A stretch of DNA of 64,000 bases from a virus (taxonomy: Duplodnaviria > Caudoviricetes): the IMG/VR virus record IMGVR_UViG_3300031901_000001, positions 3,303 through 67,302 of that record, one strand, 5' to 3'. Under the pieces are notes generated by a model. The model was given only the letters and a program-made list of their open reading frames with translations. It searched no databases and was not told where the DNA came from. A program made the position numbers and the translations under genes. Positions 18,422-27,586 of the stretch are shown here, in pieces. Numbering within the stretch: the first letter of the stretch is position 1; each line of letters begins with the position of its first letter.

Positions 18422-18912
18422 TCTCCCTTCGTGCGAGCTTCAAAGAATATAACTGTATCGATCAATGCATCCATGTCGTCTCCAATGCGATAGACGAAGT
18501 GAGCATGCTCCGCCGCCCATTGGCGATATAGGTAGAGAAGTTTGTTGTAATTGTTTTCGACATCGGAGAGATGCTTCTCCGTGTCATGATCCTTGACCAC
18601 GTGGCCACCGAGACCCCTGATGCCCGCATCGCAATAGATAATGATTGGGCGGCTCTCATAAAAGAGTCCAGTGCGTCCTGGAGTGATCGGATTTCCTTCG
18701 ACCCTAACAGCTCCATAGATAGCGTTGGAAATAACAGGGTGTCTGACAAAGACCGTGTCTTTGAGGTCATGGTAGCGATCCACTCTTTCATTAATTTCTT
18801 TGTCTGACAAGGGAGGTCCTTCACTCTCTTGCACGAGACGATTGAGCGCGTTGGCAAGATGGATACCCAAGGTACTCTTACCACTGTTGTCCATACCTTC
18901 TATCACGATCAT
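18418..18912 (-). CDS. Deoxynucleoside monophosphate kinase (P-loop)
   Basis: MIVIEGMDNSGKSTL; VRHP.IS..IYG (thymidylate-kinase-like). Confidence 0.85.
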   Translation of the reverse strand: MIVIEGMDNSGKSTLGIHLANALNRLVQESEGPPLSDKEINERVDRYHDLKDTVFVRHPVISNAIYGAVRVEGNPITPGRTGLFYESRPIIIYCDAGIRGLGGHVVKDHDTEKHLSDVENNYNKLLYLYRQWAAEHAHFVYRIGDDMDALIDTVIFFEARTKGE

Positions 18913-18942
18913 GAGCTAGGTCACCCCTTCAAGTATGCGGTG

Positions 18943-18971
18943 TTGACGCGGTCAACAAACGGTGTTAGTAA
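18943..18971 (+). promoter_or_regulatory. Sigma70-like promoter toward the primase operon
   Basis: TTGACG-N17-TAGTAA; the -35 lies inside palindrome GTTGACGCGGTCAAC. Confidence 0.5.
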
Positions 18972-18993
18972 GTCTTTTCCGGCTCAATGTCAA
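18965..18993 (-). promoter_or_regulatory. Divergent sigma70-like promoter toward the modification/replication operon
   Basis: Minus strand TTGACA-N17-TACTAA. Confidence 0.55.
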
Positions 18994-19015
18994 CCGCCGG
19001 TATCGTCGGGGTTTT

Positions 19016-19480
19016 ATGAAACTTGAAGATTACTACACCGCCAAAGAGGCGGCGGCAGTTATGTCGATTGAGTATAAAACATTCCTTATGAGAGTTTCAC
19101 GGGGGAAAATAAAAGTAGCTCGAATTGGACCGATGATCTTTGTGGAGAAAACTGTTATCCACAGTCTCCTCGATGATCAGGATAATGGGGAACCTCCCAT
19201 TCGAGACCATCCACTCTACGGTCTCTATCGGGGGATGATCAGCAGGTGTGAAAACCCCAAAGCCAACGCTTATCATCGATATGGAGGCCGAGGGATTAAG
19301 GTTTGCAAGCGTTGGAGAGACGATTTCAAGGCATTTGTTGAGGACGTGGGCAAGCGCCCCAGCAAGAAACATTCTCTAGATCGTTACCCTAATCCCGATG
19401 GTGACTATGAGCCGAGTAACACTCGGTGGGCAACTTCAAAACAACAAAGAGCAAATCTTTCTAAGGGGTTGTCCAAGTGA
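19016..19480 (+). CDS. Excisionase-type HTH fused to HNH endonuclease
   Basis: YTAKEAA.VM..; Y..M..RC.N...Y..YGGRGIKVC..W..F..F..D; SLDR..N.DGDYEPSN.RWAT. Confidence 0.85.
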   Translation: MKLEDYYTAKEAAAVMSIEYKTFLMRVSRGKIKVARIGPMIFVEKTVIHSLLDDQDNGEPPIRDHPLYGLYRGMISRCENPKANAYHRYGGRGIKVCKRWRDDFKAFVEDVGKRPSKKHSLDRYPNPDGDYEPSNTRWATSKQQRANLSKGLSK

Positions 19481-21420
19481 GCTCAGTCATCTTCAACCTT
19501 TGGAACCATTTCCCCGGAAAGTACTTTTGTATCTCCACTAAAGATGGGGATGATAGGTGGAGAGACCATTTCTTCACTCCAGAAGACTTTGCAGAAGCAA
19601 AACAAAAAATCAAGACTGAGTGGGTGGATAGGAATATTTATTTCTGTGCCCACGGGTTCAATCGGCGCAATAGGCAGAAGGGTGACGCAGTCATGCCTCC
19701 CTGCCTGTGGGCTGACCTTGACCATGTCGATCCCCGAAAAATATCCCCGAAGCCTACAATCGCCATCGAAAGCTCCCCGGGTAGGTATGTCGGTTTGTGG
19801 CTGTTCAAAAACAAGAAGCCTCCTGAGCTCGAATATGGCGAATCTCTTAATCGTCGGCTCACCTATCACTTGGGCTGTGACAAAGGCGGCTGGGACATAA
19901 CGCAAGTCTTGCGTATGCCCGGCACGAGAAACTTCAAGTATAACAGCCAACCTCGTGTCCGCCTTCTGTGGGATGACGGTCCAGTATGGCCTATCGGTAA
20001 ACTTGAACAGATGCTGCCGCCTGATCCTCATGCTCGGGGTGTAGAGTCCGAGGGTGACCTCGATCCTGCTGAGGTGTTCTCGCAGTATGCCAAGAAGCTA
20101 CCCAGCTGGGTTCGCCGTGAACTGACAGCCACTCGTCGTGTTGGCAAACATGACCGAAGCGAAATGCTTTGGAAGCTTGAGAACGAATGCATCGAAGTCG
20201 GCATGGACATGGATGAGGCATTTGCTGTCATCAAGGCCTGCGTGTGGAATAAATTTGCCGGTCGTCGTAACGAAGACCAACAACTTCGGGGAGAAATACA
20301 GAAAGCAGTTGACCTTCACTTCCGTCAAAAGTCCACAGGGAAAGATAGCCCCAAAGATAAGACCGACATCGAGAAACGACAAGAGGAAGAAGATGATGAG
20401 AACAGGGTTGGTCGCTTTTCTCTCAAGCCTTTGGGAGATGTTGAACGCGAAAAGATCAACTGGCTCTGGTATCCTTATCTTGCCCGGGGTGAAATCACGA
20501 TCTTTGAGGGTGACCCAGGCCTCGGTAAATCTTACGCAGTCCAAATTATCTCCGCCCATATCGCAAGCAAAAAACAACTCCCCGCTCAAGAAGGAAAGCC
20601 AAAAGCCAAAGGCGGAAGTGTCGTTTACTTTGACTTCGAAAACAGCATGGCATCTGTCACAAAGCCTCGGATTGAAGACAACGGATTTAAAGGACTAAAG
20701 AATTTCTTCCAACAGGAAGTACCCTTCACGATTGATGACGATGAGGCGATGGAGGAAGTTTATGAGTTACTCCGAGAAGCAAAACCTAAACTCCTCGTGT
20801 TCGATACTCTCAATACTTACATCGGACGGGCTGATACCCACAAAGCTTCCGAGACCGCGCAAGCCTTTGGTATGTTCAAACAACTTGCCCGAGACTTCAA
20901 CTGTGCCGTCGTCGTTATCCGACACCTTACAAAGTCTGGAGGATCCGCTATCAATCGAGGACAGGGATCCATCGTCTTCACGGGTACTGCCCGAATGGTT
21001 TATGTGGTGGGCGTTGACCCGGCCGACCATGAGACACGAGTGATCTGCTGTGTTAAGAACAACTTAACCAGAGCGCCTGCGGGCCTTTGCTTCACCATCG
21101 AGGAACGACCGAAGAAACGATCCGAGTTCATGTTTACAGGATGGTCAAAACTAACAGCTCAAGAGGTCCTCGACGCCTCAGCAAATGCACGTAAGGAAGG
21201 CGGTGAAGGCGAGGGCGTTCAGGAGGCAATGGAGTTCATTGAGGAACACTGCCTCAATCAAGCTATTGCCAAGGACAAGCTCATGCGTATGGCTGAAAAA
21301 CGCGGCGTCGATACATCGATGATCGAACGGGCTGCGAAACGTATGGGAGTCAAGGTCAAGAAACGCGGTAAACTCGGTACCGAAGAATGGACCTTGAAGA
21401 AAAAGGAAATCGAAGACTAA
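19477..21420 (+). CDS. Primase-helicase (RepB/AEP-like primase + AAA_25 helicase + C-terminal wHTH)
   Basis: LWADLD, IESSPGRY, DITQVLRMPGT.N; EGDPGLGKS, LVFDT, IRHLTK, QGSI. Confidence 0.9.
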   Translation: MSSVIFNLWNHFPGKYFCISTKDGDDRWRDHFFTPEDFAEAKQKIKTEWVDRNIYFCAHGFNRRNRQKGDAVMPPCLWADLDHVDPRKISPKPTIAIESSPGRYVGLWLFKNKKPPELEYGESLNRRLTYHLGCDKGGWDITQVLRMPGTRNFKYNSQPRVRLLWDDGPVWPIGKLEQMLPPDPHARGVESEGDLDPAEVFSQYAKKLPSWVRRELTATRRVGKHDRSEMLWKLENECIEVGMDMDEAFAVIKACVWNKFAGRRNEDQQLRGEIQKAVDLHFRQKSTGKDSPKDKTDIEKRQEEEDDENRVGRFSLKPLGDVEREKINWLWYPYLARGEITIFEGDPGLGKSYAVQIISAHIASKKQLPAQEGKPKAKGGSVVYFDFENSMASVTKPRIEDNGFKGLKNFFQQEVPFTIDDDEAMEEVYELLREAKPKLLVFDTLNTYIGRADTHKASETAQAFGMFKQLARDFNCAVVVIRHLTKSGGSAINRGQGSIVFTGTARMVYVVGVDPADHETRVICCVKNNLTRAPAGLCFTIEERPKKRSEFMFTGWSKLTAQEVLDASANARKEGGEGEGVQEAMEFIEEHCLNQAIAKDKLMRMAEKRGVDTSMIERAAKRMGVKVKKRGKLGTEEWTLKKKEIED

Positions 21421-21430
21421 GACTGATACT

Positions 21431-21470
21431 ATAAAGGCGTCACTTCAAATCGAGGTGACGCCTTTATTTT
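21431..21470. terminator. Bidirectional terminator
   Basis: ATAAAGGCGTCAC...GTGACGCCTTTATTTT, between convergent ORFs. Confidence 0.8.
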
Positions 21471-21473
21471 AGC

Positions 21474-21836
21474 TTAGCGCTTACGGTAAGCCTTCTTCTT
21501 TATTTCTTCCTTGGGAATGAACTTCTTCTTCCCTTTTGCGCGAAGAGCCTTCGACTCCTCATGTTCCTTTGGCGTCATGCCCGCGTCAGGGTGGTACTTC
21601 GAGAGATTTGCACGTATGGTCAATGGACTTCTCCTACCAAAATAAGAGGAGACACTATCGGGGGAGGTGATAGTGTCTCCTCGGGGGGAACAATGTTTGC
21701 GTCGCTTCGAACTGTTGGTCTTGAGCCCCGCGTCAACAGTCACAATGTTCGGGGCTACATACTGATCCAAGTCATACACATCTCCTGATGTCGGCGCGTT
21801 CGTTGTCAGACATATGCAATATGATGCGATAATCAC
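21474..21836 (-). CDS. Hypothetical basic protein (start uncertain)
   Basis: Fills the gap between terminator and early promoter; K-rich C-terminus. Confidence 0.4.
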   Translation of the reverse strand: MIIASYCICLTTNAPTSGDVYDLDQYVAPNIVTVDAGLKTNSSKRRKHCSPRGDTITSPDSVSSYFGRRSPLTIRANLSKYHPDAGMTPKEHEESKALRAKGKKKFIPKEEIKKKAYRKR

Positions 21837-21893
21837 CCTTCGTCAACCAGTTTAATCTGCATCAAAATCCGCTCAACTCTCAATCAAGAAATG

Positions 21894-21928
21894 AGCAGTT
21901 GACTACCAGACCTGGCATCGTTTATTGT
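21894..21928 (+). promoter_or_regulatory. Early promoter
   Basis: AGCAG-TTGACT-N18-TATTGT. Confidence 0.55.
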
Positions 21929-21972
21929 GTTCCTTGCGTTAATCATGACGCAGATGCACAATAGGGGTTACA

Positions 21973-22779
21973 ATGACAACAACGCTTGCCAATCTCGAGA
22001 AGCTCAACAGACTTCGGGTCAATGCGAATATGTCTGAGCTCAAATCATGGAAGGCTTCCTCCGCGAAGCTCCAAGAAAAAATCCAGGAACTTATCGACGC
22101 CGGCCACAGTGATGCGCTCCCGGGCGCCAATCTTAAGGCTGCACCTTCAGTCACTCCTGAACTTCAGGAAGAACTGAAGAAGGAGGAAGAAACTGCAAAG
22201 ACAGTTCTCGGTGAGTCAGCACTTGCCAAGTCAATCGACAACTCAACGCCCGAAGAGCCGAAGAAGGAAAAGCCTCGTGCTAAGCTTGCTCGCGGTCTTG
22301 ACACTGACAGTTATGCTCGGCAGTCTCGCGAGAAAATCCGCGATCAAGCCGAAGCTGACAAGAGGGAAGCCAAAGCGAAAAGGAAAGCTGAGAAAGCTGC
22401 TCAAAAAGTTCAAGAGGGCGGTAAGAAAAAGAAGAAAAAAGACAAGAAGAAAAAGCAGCACGTGATCGATGACGCCAAGATCGTCGGCAAGGTTGACGAG
22501 AAGGCTGATCCCGAAAAGGCCGCTCGCCAAAAGAAACACATCGAGGACAAGCAGAAAGCTCGGGCTGCCAAGAAAGATAAGCCAAAGGAAGTCGATCCTG
22601 ACAACTTCACTGTGGCCGACCTGGCACGTGAACTTGACATCGATCCGAAGACTGCGCGCAACAAGCTTCGGCGCCATGTCGACAAGATCGACAAGCTGCA
22701 CAGTAAGGGCCAGGATAAGTGGACTTTCCCGAACTCTGCGAAGAAGGAAATCGCCAAGATCCTGCGGGGTGATAAGTGA
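21973..22779 (+). CDS. Lys-rich protein with C-terminal HTH/W domain
   Basis: FTVADLARELDIDPKTARNKLR..KWTF. Confidence 0.85.
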   Translation: MTTTLANLEKLNRLRVNANMSELKSWKASSAKLQEKIQELIDAGHSDALPGANLKAAPSVTPELQEELKKEEETAKTVLGESALAKSIDNSTPEEPKKEKPRAKLARGLDTDSYARQSREKIRDQAEADKREAKAKRKAEKAAQKVQEGGKKKKKKDKKKKQHVIDDAKIVGKVDEKADPEKAARQKKHIEDKQKARAAKKDKPKEVDPDNFTVADLARELDIDPKTARNKLRRHVDKIDKLHSKGQDKWTFPNSAKKEIAKILRGDK

Positions 22780-22991
22780 AGAATAAGGCCGCTATCGCCA
22801 AGGACCATGACGCTCGGGCTAAGGCTCGGCGTCATGACGCCACCCAGGCTATTAAGAATGACGACCGCAAGGAGTATGACCGGCTTATGCTCCTTGTCGG
22901 ATACCACACAATCCAACGAGACCTGTGGTATAAATCACTGGCGAACTTTGGAGAAAACAATGCCGAATTGGATATTATGGGAGATAGGTAA
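22776..22991 (+). CDS. Hypothetical protein
   Basis: GTG start overlapping upstream stop. Confidence 0.6.
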   Translation: MKNKAAIAKDHDARAKARRHDATQAIKNDDRKEYDRLMLLVGYHTIQRDLWYKSLANFGENNAELDIMGDR

Positions 22992-23001
22992 GCGACGTTT
23001 A

Positions 23002-23154
23002 ATGGACGCCGGTTATCATGTAGAAAAAGAGACCTCGAGACTTGCTGCTCGTGTAGGGTTTATGGGGTTTCCCACGTTCTTATACCTTAAGAACGGTAAG
23101 GTGTCAGAGATAAGGGTAAATCAACTTATAAAAAAATTGAACGGATCAAAGTAG
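23002..23154 (+). CDS. Hypothetical small protein
   Basis: ATG within the 22807-23154 ORF; fills the gap before the next promoter. Confidence 0.4.
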   Translation: MDAGYHVEKETSRLAARVGFMGFPTFLYLKNGKVSEIRVNQLIKKLNGSK

Positions 23155-23183
23155 TTGATACTCATGACCCGTTGACGCATTAT
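23150..23183 (+). promoter_or_regulatory. Early promoter
   Basis: AGTAG-TTGATA-N17-CATTAT. Confidence 0.6.
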
Positions 23184-23219
23184 CGCAACATCGCAATGAC
23201 GCGATGAAGGAGGTTACAA

Positions 23220-23549
23220 ATGGAAAAGGTTGATAAGCCTTCCGAAGAGCAAATCACCGCGGTACTCGCTGCCTGCTTTGCTGTTACGAATATGGGGCAA
23301 GGCGTCTTTCAGGATCGATTGGAAAGATTGCTTGAACCGAGTCGACATCGTATCTCCGCCGGCTACGCTGTTTGCGAATACGCTAGCCACTTCATGGAGA
23401 GCGATGAACATGAGCGAATTTTTACCGAAGAGGCGGAAGGGTGGGAAAAAGACATCAAGGAGAAAGGGCTCGAGAAATTCCTTGATGAGTGGATTGCTCT
23501 TAGCCCCCACTACAGCTACTTGTCGATCTTCAAGGAAAAGCTGCCATGA
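23220..23549 (+). CDS. Hypothetical protein
   Basis: SD AAGGAGG. Confidence 0.8.
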   Translation: MEKVDKPSEEQITAVLAACFAVTNMGQGVFQDRLERLLEPSRHRISAGYAVCEYASHFMESDEHERIFTEEAEGWEKDIKEKGLEKFLDEWIALSPHYSYLSIFKEKLP

Positions 23550-24379
23550 GCGACATCGAGAAGAAAAAGGAACGCATCAAGAAGCTTCTCGCGTTCGCCG
23601 CCGGCAATCACAACAGTGAAGAGGAGGCGGCCAATGCAATGCGTATGGCTGCCGGCCTTGCAACGTCAATAGGCATCGAGCTTGACTCGCTCAGATCGAA
23701 GGATGCACCGATTCCGAAGGCCGTATTGAAGAGCAGCCTCACGAGCCTCAAGGTATATGAGTCTTATTGCGCTGAGGCGGCGGGTGTTCTCTACGGCTGC
23801 GAGTGTAGCGCACCGAACTTCGGCAAGCACGGCTACTGGTTCGTTGGGCGTGAAGAGAACATTGAGCTCGCTGAGCAAACGATGCTGTGGCTGGTGCAAC
23901 AAGTCGAGGCGCTTTACAAGATCGCTTTGCCTCGCGGCCTGTCGAAACGTGATCGTGCCGAGTTCCGAGGCTCATTCAAGGATGCCTGTGGTCAACGGTT
24001 ATACCATCGAGCTTATGACCTCATGAGGAAGATGAAGACTGACGAGCAAACTGCTCAAGCTACCACAGGCTCGAATGCCCTTGTCGTAGCTGGTCACTTC
24101 AAGCAACTTCAGTCCGAGGTTGAAGCCTATTGGGAAGAGAAGTATTACGCTCCCGCTCGCAAGCGAGCCGAAGAAGCTCAAGAAAAGCGGCAAAACATGC
24201 TTGCTGCCATGACCGAAGCCGAACGGGTTAAATTCCTTGAGAAAGAGGCGAAGGAACAGGCAAAGGAAGACGCCAAGCCTTACAGACTACGTAAAGGTAG
24301 ATCCATGAAGATCGGGTTCGGTACTCAGGCTGGGCGGGAAGCTGGTGATCGAGTTCAGCTGAGACAAGAAATTAAGTAG
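23546..24379 (+). CDS. DUF2786-family protein
   Basis: RIKKLLAFA..EEEAANAM..A N-terminus and G..AGREAG C-terminus. Confidence 0.8.
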   Translation: MSDIEKKKERIKKLLAFAAGNHNSEEEAANAMRMAAGLATSIGIELDSLRSKDAPIPKAVLKSSLTSLKVYESYCAEAAGVLYGCECSAPNFGKHGYWFVGREENIELAEQTMLWLVQQVEALYKIALPRGLSKRDRAEFRGSFKDACGQRLYHRAYDLMRKMKTDEQTAQATTGSNALVVAGHFKQLQSEVEAYWEEKYYAPARKRAEEAQEKRQNMLAAMTEAERVKFLEKEAKEQAKEDAKPYRLRKGRSMKIGFGTQAGREAGDRVQLRQEIK

Positions 24380-24384
24380 AACGA

Positions 24385-24418
24385 AGTAGTTGCAAGCATT
24401 ATGCCATAATCGTATTAT
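24385..24418 (+). promoter_or_regulatory. Early promoter (TGCCAT class)
   Basis: AGTAG-TTGCAA-N6-TGCCAT-N5-TATTAT. Confidence 0.7.
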
Positions 24419-24460
24419 GATTGCATCAAAACGCAATGACGCGCATTGATGGAGGATACA

Positions 24461-24688
24461 ATGTTAGGTTCCCTTGAGGCACAACGTCTCTTTCATGTCT
24501 CGCCGGATGACAAATGGAAAGTCTTCCGCTCTGTTCATTCCTACCCGACTTGTCTCGACGACATAACAGTCGAAGCCGATATGTCCTTCTGGTCGAAGAC
24601 TTTCGCTGTTCTTTGCAAACTCGAAGACGAAGGCTTGATCATCATCCACAGCGAAGAACACCTCGAATGGAGGTTGGCTGATGACTAA
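24461..24688 (+). CDS. Hypothetical protein
   Basis: SD GGAGG at 24451. Confidence 0.7.
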   Translation: MLGSLEAQRLFHVSPDDKWKVFRSVHSYPTCLDDITVEADMSFWSKTFAVLCKLEDEGLIIIHSEEHLEWRLADD

Positions 24689-25202
24689 CATAGTTATCTA
24701 TGCCACCGGTAAGCGTAAGGGTGATGAACACCCTCGCACTTATACGCCGATCTTTTCTTCAGCTTCACAGGCTCGAGCCTGGTTCCGTAAATTCATCAAT
24801 AACCAAGAGCACTACTGGGAAGACGATAGGACCATTGTCCTTGAAGCTGAGTTCACCATGAAGCTTCGATGCGATAATTGGCAAGCTGTCTTCACCGAGT
24901 CTGGTGATGAAGTCTTACCGATTGCCATGAACTATATGATCCTTCGGTTCAAATATGGCGTATGGGAAGACCAACCGAAACCCGCTGAGGTTATCGTCAA
25001 GCCTTCAAAGGTGACCGTTGAGGTTAAGACAAAGACCACAGTGCCGGAGGGGTATATCTCGATCTCTGAACTCTGCAAAGGAACCAACATCGCCCCGACA
25101 AACGCTCGAGCTATCCTTCGAACTGTTCGAGAGAAACCGCCGTATGGCTGGGCCTTTGATCCAAACGAAATACCCGCAATCCGTAAGCTTATAGGTGCTT
25201 GA
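24681..25202 (+). CDS. Protein with C-terminal HTH/W domain
   Basis: YISISELC..NIAPTNARAILR..YGWAF. Confidence 0.75.
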   Translation: MTNIVIYATGKRKGDEHPRTYTPIFSSASQARAWFRKFINNQEHYWEDDRTIVLEAEFTMKLRCDNWQAVFTESGDEVLPIAMNYMILRFKYGVWEDQPKPAEVIVKPSKVTVEVKTKTTVPEGYISISELCKGTNIAPTNARAILRTVREKPPYGWAFDPNEIPAIRKLIGA

Positions 25203-25494
25203 AATGACCGTCGCCCATTATCGCCGCAAGACTCTCTCCTGCTGGAGGGTGGATACTTCCCACATGGTGTCGGTTCCCAAATACTTCGAGGTTACTTCAC
25301 TTGAAGAGCTGAAGAGGAAGGTTGTCAAGATTGCTGACAGCAAGGACCGCCGGCCGATTATCGGATTGCTCGAATACTCACACATTATTCGCAACGGTCA
25401 GGAAATGCTGTTGGTCCATTTCCGCCATCACAAGACCAACAAGAAGATGCGCTTCATGCGCCTGGTTAGGGAGACTGCTCATGCAATTCACTGA
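25195..25494 (+). CDS. Hypothetical protein
   Basis: Overlapping starts/stops within the operon. Confidence 0.65.
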   Translation: MLEMTVAHYRRKTLSCWRVDTSHMVSVPKYFEVTSLEELKRKVVKIADSKDRRPIIGLLEYSHIIRNGQEMLLVHFRHHKTNKKMRFMRLVRETAHAIH

Positions 25495-25960
25495 TGAAGA
25501 ATTCGCCATGGTAACGCTGGGCTTAGCGTTGCTCGCCAACAAACCCAAGCTCTTCGATCCTGTGGCGACGATGGACCTATACAAAAGGTTGCACATCGAA
25601 CGGGTTGAAGCTTCGAAGCCGGCCCTGTGGTTATCACCCACATTCACCGATGCTGAACGGACTATCTTCCTTGAATACAAAGAGGAAGAGATCCGTGATT
25701 GCGTCAAGGAGATGGCTGAGTCTCAACTTGATCAAACTGATATGTGCGAGCTCATTGGTTACCTGGTCGATGATGTCACGGAAATGACAATGTGCTTGAT
25801 AGCTATACGTGATGGTAATGCCGACCTCTCGGACTACATGAGCGGGGAGCATAAAGAGCATGAGATTGTAGCCGGCTGGATAAATCGGTTCAAGATGACA
25901 AATCCCGATGGCTCACTCACTCAACTGGCCCATGACTTTATAGACCAGTTCCCCGAGTGA
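25481..25960 (+). CDS. Hypothetical acidic protein
   Basis: SD GGGAG before ATG 25481. Confidence 0.75.
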   Translation: MQFTDEEFAMVTLGLALLANKPKLFDPVATMDLYKRLHIERVEASKPALWLSPTFTDAERTIFLEYKEEEIRDCVKEMAESQLDQTDMCELIGYLVDDVTEMTMCLIAIRDGNADLSDYMSGEHKEHEIVAGWINRFKMTNPDGSLTQLAHDFIDQFPE

Positions 25961-26029
25961 TATAGTCCTCAAGCTTTATAGGCTAGGGTCACCTTTTGGT
26001 CGGGACATGAGAATGTCTCGGCCATTATG

Positions 26030-26265
26030 GTGATATACGATGCGCGATTGCGTCGTTTGATCGCATGAAATGGGCGTATGAACGAGGATTTGGGGCATGC
26101 TTAGCGCGTACCGGAGGCGTGTCATGCATCATTGCACGTTCAACAAACATCGATCGCCTGAAACGCCTTAAAATTCTCGTCAAGATTTAAGCAGAACTGA
26201 GTGGTTGCGTCACGGATGCCATGCGTTCATTGTGCATGTGTCGATGCAATAACGCAATGACGATG
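26030..26265. repeat. Periodic CC/CT/GG/AG-free blocks, degenerate copy of 41527-41781
   Basis: Blocks 26030-26072, 26117-26157 and 26204/26220-26265; shares GTCGTTTGATCG, TCGCATGAAA and ACGCCTTRAAATYCTCGT with the 41.6 kb locus. Confidence 0.6.
26200..26233 (+). promoter_or_regulatory. Early promoter (TGCCAT class)
   Basis: AGTGG-TTGCGT-N6-TGCCAT-N5-CATTGT. Confidence 0.6.
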
Positions 26266-26275
26266 GAGAACGATC

Positions 26276-26563
26276 ATGAATATCCGTGAGTATTACATCT
26301 CGAAGCTTGGCGATACGCCTCGTCTCAATCATGATGGCGGTGCGGGTGACGGATGCACAAGGGGTGACATTCTCACGGAAATGCCCTATGAGTCCGTCTG
26401 CGGCAATGATTGCGCGGAAGCAATATCGAATGCCGCAAATCTCAAGGCCAATGTCGTTATGGCTTTTGGCGAAGGTGAAGGGGCTCATCCTGACAGCGCC
26501 GTCCATATCGATGCAATCCATGCGCTCGTCCTTGACGTTTGCTGCTGCTATATCCGGGGGTAA
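26276..26563 (+). CDS. Hypothetical protein
   Basis: SD GGAG; follows promoter. Confidence 0.7.
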   Translation: MNIREYYISKLGDTPRLNHDGGAGDGCTRGDILTEMPYESVCGNDCAEAISNAANLKANVVMAFGEGEGAHPDSAVHIDAIHALVLDVCCCYIRG

Positions 26564-26568
26564 AGACT

Positions 26569-26775
26569 ATGACCGAAGAACAAAAGGCTAAAGTCCGTCG
26601 TGAACTCATCGCTGAGCTTCATCTCCACAGGACGATGGAACCGAAGCTTAACAAGCTCTGGGAACTCGCTGACTCTTGGCATTCCGATGTCATGGCTACT
26701 CGAACTGCCGATGTTGATCGAGAAGAATATCGGGAGATTGTTCGTCAACTCGTAGCCTTCGGAAGGATATTTTGA
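26569..26775 (+). CDS. Hypothetical protein
   Basis: ATG after GGGGG SD-like run. Confidence 0.65.
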   Translation: MTEEQKAKVRRELIAELHLHRTMEPKLNKLWELADSWHSDVMATRTADVDREEYREIVRQLVAFGRIF

Positions 26776-26781
26776 GAGTTG

Positions 26782-26815
26782 AGCAGTTGCATCGCGGTTG
26801 CCATACGCATATGAT
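26782..26815 (+). promoter_or_regulatory. Early promoter (TGCCAT class)
   Basis: AGCAG-TTGCAT-N6-TGCCAT-N5-TATGAT. Confidence 0.7.
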
Positions 26816-26846
26816 GATTGCATCAACGCAACAACGCGAGGATGAC

Positions 26847-27101
26847 ATGAACAACGAATATCTCGATCACCTTACCGCTCACCTCGAAATCGAGCTCAAG
26901 CGGTATTACCCTGACTTGACATCGCTCGAGCTTTCATTTGCCGACGATGCAATCGTGCTCACCTTCACCACCGATCCTGACCGTTCGATACCGCTCACCT
27001 TATCTCAAATCAACGCGGGTGAGTCCGATGCCGATTGGTTCGTGTTCGTGACCGACTTGGGCACTCCTTTGACTATGCCCCTCTACCTCGAGGAGGGTTG
27101 A
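26847..27101 (+). CDS. Hypothetical acidic protein
   Basis: SD GAGG before ATG 26847. Confidence 0.7.
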   Translation: MNNEYLDHLTAHLEIELKRYYPDLTSLELSFADDAIVLTFTTDPDRSIPLTLSQINAGESDADWFVFVTDLGTPLTMPLYLEEG

Positions 27102-27103
27102 CC

Positions 27104-27586
27104 ATGGCCAAGGTTTATAAGCTGCCAACAAAATCTTCTCGGAAATATCGCGGGAAATATCCTACTCGTATTCATCATGCCTCATGGGGAGGACGAGAAG
27201 AATGGCTCGTGGCCAAGTATTTCCCTGATATGAAATACACCATTCACATCGAGATGAATAACGGCGACCGTTACATCGCGGATGCCGATGAGCTGCTTCT
27301 CATCTTCCCGATGATCGGTGGTATGGGCACGACTTCTTCCCGTATCCTTTACACGGATGCAATAGCCATTGTGAATGCGGCTACGGATATGGGTGAGCTG
27401 AGATACAAGGCTTGGCTCCGAGATGTTCAGGCCGCCAGGACCCTGTGGGACAGTGATCGTATCCGAGAGCTGCAGTATCAAAAGACTCAGACATCCGGTC
27501 ATCAGGCTCGGGCAAGGATCGAGGAGCAAATGATAGCGTATGTCAAAGCCGGGGTTGAGGAGATGAACAAATGTTCCGCTTTCTAA
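27104..27586 (+). CDS. Hypothetical protein
   Basis: SD GGAGGG before ATG 27104. Confidence 0.75.
   Translation: MAKVYKLPTKSSRKYRGKYPTRIHHASWGGREEWLVAKYFPDMKYTIHIEMNNGDRYIADADELLLIFPMIGGMGTTSSRILYTDAIAIVNAATDMGELRYKAWLRDVQAARTLWDSDRIRELQYQKTQTSGHQARARIEEQMIAYVKAGVEEMNKCSAF

Noticed and set aside
19155-19163. Perfect DnaA box TTATCCACA (another at 38824)
   Set aside because: Two hits in 64 kb are near chance (about 0.5 expected), both inside coding regions and unclustered.
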